Source: Azolla caroliniana (Eukaryota > Plantae > Polypodiophyta). Taken from it: DNA of 64,000 nucleotides. Location: assembly GCA_043228905.1 (NCBI GenBank), contig JBHGNT010000123.1, positions 1-64,000 on the forward strand, given 5' to 3'. Shown piece by piece: positions 59,201-64,000 of this stretch; the first letter of the stretch is position 1, and each line of letters opens with the position of its first letter. A model generated the notes under the pieces. The model was not told the origin of the DNA. It did not search any database and saw only the letters and a program-made list of their open reading frames with translations. Made by a program: the position numbers and the translations under genes.

Positions 59201-59581
59201 TACCTTGGATGTGTATCTACTAAAACTTCTATACAACGATGACAGTAGTAAATGTAGGAATACCTAGAGATTTCTTGCAAAAGCTTTGGTGGAGAAATAG
59301 CTTAAGTCTCCTTAAAGTTCTTCATGATGAAATTGCATTTGTGTGGATAAAGTTCAACTATTTCTTCTCCTTAAATTTTGTTCACCATCTTGTGTTGATA
59401 TTAACAAATTTATAACATTGTGATTACTTGGAATTTACTTAGTGGGATTGCCATAACGCTTACCTCTCCAAAAGGGGCCTTTCTTTCTAATGTGTATGAA
59501 CATTAGTGAGGATCTTTGTGTTGGCCTTTATGTCTTTTACTTCCTAAAGTCCTATAGTGTCATAATATCTTAATCATGAAA
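56237..59581 (+). pseudogene. Partial genomic duplicate of the PPR gene (exons 2-8 with introns; copy of ~6103-9561)
   Basis: Near-identical exons and introns offset by ~50.1 kb; lacks exon 1 and exons 9-13; 12-nt deletion in exon 7. Confidence 0.93.
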
Positions 59582-59596
59582 ATGTTAAGAAAACGT

Positions 59597-62500
59597 TTAA
59601 TTGCACTCTTGCAATGGGAAGTTAAGAAAATGTTTGCGTAATGTCTCTTCAGTTTCCCATGTGTTGTCTTCTTCCAATCTATCCTTCCACTTAACGTTAT
59701 AGCGATGAACAACTTTTGACCTTAGGTTTCTAGACCTATGGTCGAGGATTTTCTCAGGTTCATGTGGAGCAAAGTGATCATCCTCTAATGTTGATAAATT
59801 AGACGGTGTTAAAAAATTATCATCATAACCAATCGCCTCCTTTAATCGACTCATGTGGAATATGGGATGAACCATCAGATTGGAAGGCAAATCCAAACGA
59901 TAAGCATTGGGATCTATACGTTTTAAAACTTTATATGGTCCACAATACCTTGGAGCTAATTTTGCACACGGTCATGTTCTCAATGTTGTTGAGTCCTTAG
60001 GAACCCATAGAAAAACTTGTTGTCCTACGTGAAATTCCCTCGGTTTTCTTTCATGATTCGCAGAAAAGACATTTTTGTCCTGTGCCATCTTAAGGCTTTC
60101 TTCTACCAATTTACGTGCTTCAAGCATATCAGACAGAAAATACTTTGTACTATCCAAAGTATGCGAATCAAACGAAACATCAATAGGAGGACGTGGCGTA
60201 TAACCATACATCAACATGAACGGACTGTATTTTGTTGATATGCTTAGTGCTGTTGTAGGCAAATTCCACCATAGGAAGGTAAGTCTCACATAATGAGGGT
60301 TTTTGCGCTACATATGCTCTCAACATATCCTCTAATATCTGATTCACTCTCTCAGTCTGCCCATCTAACTAAGGATGATCAAAAGAACTGCGACTCAAGG
60401 TTGTTTGTAGTTTCTTCATAACTTCTGACCAAAATGTACTTGTAAACTTGGAGTCTCGATCACTTACAATCTCCATCGGTAGATCATATAAGCTATAAAG
60501 ATGTTTAATAAACTTAATAGCCAATTGCTTTGCGGTAATTGTGGATTTTGTTGGAATGAATCTTGCCATTTTGGTAAGACGATCAACAATCACCCAAATG
60601 GCATTATTTCCCTCAACGGAACGAGGTAATCCAACTATGAAATCCATGGATATACTTTGCCAGTTTTCAGCTAGAATATCGAGAGGTTGCAATAAGCCAG
60701 TTTTTTTCTGTCGCTCAGCCTTAATGACCTGACATTGTGGACAACGAATGACATAGGACTCTACCTCAGGTTTCATTTTTGGCCAGAAAAACCTAGCTTT
60801 AATCAAAGCTAATGTTCATTGCACACCTAGATGTCCATCAGAAGGGGCATCATGACACTCATACAAAATTTTATTCTTGATGTCCTTACTATTGCGGTAC
60901 AATAACCCATTTGCAACATAGTAAAGGTTCTTCGAGGTAGAAGTGGTTCCATGATCGACGTCAATACCTGTTTAAGCTCTCTTCCAGAACTTCGAAAATG
61001 TTCTGTCATCAAGGTATTTTTGTTTACCCCGGATCAAATCATATAAGTCGTCATTAAATTCCACGAAACTTAGGGCATTAATTTCTGGAATACGACTCAG
61101 GGCATCGACAACGGAATTCAAATCCCCTTTTCCATATCTAATTTCGAAATCAAAGTCTTGCATCAACTCTGTCCATCTTGCCTTTTGACCCTCAAAATTC
61201 TTTTGAGAGAGGAAGTATTGCAAGGATTTGTGATCTGTTAAAACAGTAAATTTACTACCATATAAATAATGTCGCCATTTCTTTAAGGCGTAAATAATAG
61301 CAAATAATTCTTTTTCTTGAACCGAGTAATTTCTTTGGGCCGAATCCAATTTTTTGCTTTCAAAAGCAATCGGTCCCCCAATTTGAAATAATGCAGCCCC
61401 AATAGCATAATCACTTGCATCCGTCTCAACTTCGAATGTTTGATTTGGATCAGATATAGGTAAAGTAGGTGCATTCACAATTAATGACTTCAATTTATTG
61501 AAGGTTTCTTCAAGAGAGACATTCCACTCAATAGGTTTAGTGGACTTTCTTGTAATACCCTTCAATAGGTCCGTAGGTGTAGCGTAGGATGAATAGTTTT
61601 GAAGAGATATTCTTAGGAATCCAACAAATCCTAAGAAAGATCGTAGCTCCTTAACATTTGAAGGCTGTGACCAATTTAATACTGCTTCCATCTTAGATTT
61701 ATCAAAAGACACACCCGACCTAGATATGTGGTGTCCAAGATACGTAATCTCCTTTTGAAAGAAATCACAGTTAGCTAGTTTGGGAAATAGCTTGTATTCA
61801 TGAAGATTGTCCAAAACTATTCAGACATGACGCATATGATCCTCAAATGTATTACTATATACCATGATATCACCAAGTTGATCTCTGAATATATCATTCA
61901 TCAATTGCTAGAATGTGGCTGGAGCATCGGTTAACCCAAATGGTAGAACCCGAAACTCATAATGACCATAACGAGTTCAGAAAGTTGTTTTGGAAACATC
62001 TTCTTCCGAAACCCTGATCTGATGATAGCCAGTGCACAAGTCTATCTTAGTAAAATATCTTGCACTTTGGAGTCTATCTATCAAGTCATCATAACGAGGC
62101 AAAGGGTAGGAATTGCGAATGGTGAGTTTATTCAAACTTTTGTAATTCACATGCATTCGCCATGTTCCATCCTTCTTCTTGGCTAAGATGACAGGAGCTC
62201 CCCATGGCGATTTACTGTACCGGATGTGTCCCATCCTCAAGTATTCCTTGATTTGTCGGGCAATTTCATCCTCTTCGGTTCAACTCAACCGATATGGGGT
62301 TATGCTCACAGGTTTAGCGCATGGAACCAAGTTTATCTTATGATCTATAGGCCGAGAAGGAGGTAGTCCTTGAGGTAACTTATCCGGGAATATCTCCTTA
62401 AAATTCAACAAGATGTCACGTAGAGCATCTTTCTCAAAATTGTCCAATGAACTCTTATCTACAAATTGATACGGAGGATCATTGGGCTCTAATATACATG

Positions 62501-64000
62501 CATAAAATTGTGCATCGACGTTTTGATCATAAGCATAAAGATGATTAACAGACATTAAATTGTTTATCACAATCCCATGAATAAAAACTTGTTGGTTGTT
62601 ATTTCCTTCAAAAGAAATAGTATGATTTGGCAAATCGATATAAAGACTATGTCTATTATAAAACCATATGTAACGAAGAACTACATCTACCGTTCGTAAA
62701 TGCATTACATGAAAAGTCAACTTTTCAATGTAGTTATTTATTATTAGGGGTACACCATGTGCAATTAATGAATGCCTTTGGACATGGCCTCCCGCAATAA
62801 GGACTTTGTAGTCGGGGTCACTTTTGGTTGTTTTTATTCGTAATATCTGAACCATATTAGAGTCAAGAAAATTATGAGTGCTACCATAGTCAAATAGTAT
62901 AGTTACACTTTGATTGTGGATAGTCCCATAAGTTTTAAGTAAATCGTGTGGTCCGAGAATATTTTTTTGTAATGCAATAGAACTAACGGAATTCAAATAA
63001 TTCAAGAACATACTTGGATTATTGGAAGTTGATGGCTTTCTTTGCAGATTGTTGGAGTTACCACTCTTCTTTCTCCACCTACACTCGTTGGCTTTATGCC
63101 CAAGCTTCTTACAAAAGTTGCAGATTATTACCCGTCTTTTCGCATTGTCGCCTTGACCTATCAGAGAAGGTTGGTATCTACGTTTGTCGCTTTCTCCTTC
63201 TGACTCTTTTAGTTGGTAACGAGGTTTTGTGTCAAACAGAATGCGGGCACGTTCCATCGCTTCTCCCAAGGTCTTGGGTTGATGAGTATGGATCTTATAA
63301 TGAAAATCTTTATTATGAAAACTATTAATATATAATCCTATCTATATTTCCTCATTAGATGCCGACAAAAGTCCATGCTTTGTTATTAACTTGAGGAAAT
63401 ACTGATTGAATTGGTCAATAGTCCTGCCCTTATCTGACAAGTGACACATATCTTGTATCACTTAAGAAGTTGTCTTGGAACGGACAAATTCCATCCTGAG
63501 AGTCTTTTCAAATGCCTCCCACGTTCCTGGTTTTCTATCCAACCGCTCCCACCATGAGTTTGCAGCACCGATCATCTCATGAACCGCCATATCGATCTTT
63601 ATAGAGACATTCTCAATATTCTCGAGGCGAAAGTGAGCATTCCATCGGTTTATCCAACTGCTCACAAACTCGTGGTTGCATTGCTTATCCCTTCCTGAGA
63701 ACTATTGAGGAGTAAATGAAGCTTTCTTCGTATTGCTTGATGTGGAAGCATGTGCCTTTAACTCCAAAATTTGTTGTTGAAGGTTTTCATTTCAAATTGA
63801 TGCCTATTGGCATCAAGAAGCCCTTCAAGTTTGGAGGAAAACGCAGTTGTGACCATTGTCATTGACTTGACAATATCATCTTGCATTTTGCGGAAATCAT
63901 CCCTCGTGACAAATTTGATATCATCGTTAATATCCTTGTCACGAACCGGAGATATTGGTCGGTTGTCCTCATCTCGTATAGGAGAAATTGGATGACCTTG
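59597..64000 (-). mobile_element. Decayed chromovirus-type Ty3/Gypsy element (Tcn1-like); 5' end lies outside the window
   Basis: Gag knuckle CNFCKKLGHKANEC, PR LFDYGSTHNF, RT SKSPWGAPVILAKKKDG, RH ETDASDYAIG, IN WQSISMDFIVGLP/IVSDRDSKF, chromodomain EPEKILDHR...YNVKWK...NTWE; many stops and frameshifts. Confidence 0.92.

Overview
Land-plant nuclear DNA; the retroelement types suggest a non-seed plant such as a fern, lycophyte or bryophyte (inference). The left 20 kb holds three genes: intronless RPL27a (-), a 13-exon At4g35850-like mitochondrial PPR gene (+, divergent from RPL27a, with a TE-filled intron 8), and a two-exon BAHD acyltransferase (-). Position 22073-54925 is a Tork/Tnt1-like Copia element expanded to 33 kb by five nested Gypsy-type insertions, labelled A-E. 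All five share a tRNA-Trp PBS, TGTCG...CGACA-type termini, a covarying hairpin before the PPT, and 4-bp TSDs centred on CpG. A and C are autonomous-type, with Gag-PR joined to Pol by a predicted -1 frameshift. B, D and E are non-autonomous and each has one PBS-to-PPT reading frame: Gag capsid-like domain, variable acidic repeat linker, conserved Trp/Arg-rich tail. This helper/satellite family is the best candidate for an undescribed system. The Copia element split a decayed gene resembling a beta-class DNA N4C/N6A methyltransferase. The right end has a solo LTR, a partial genomic duplicate of the PPR gene and a decayed chromovirus. All calls are by eye; no searches were run.
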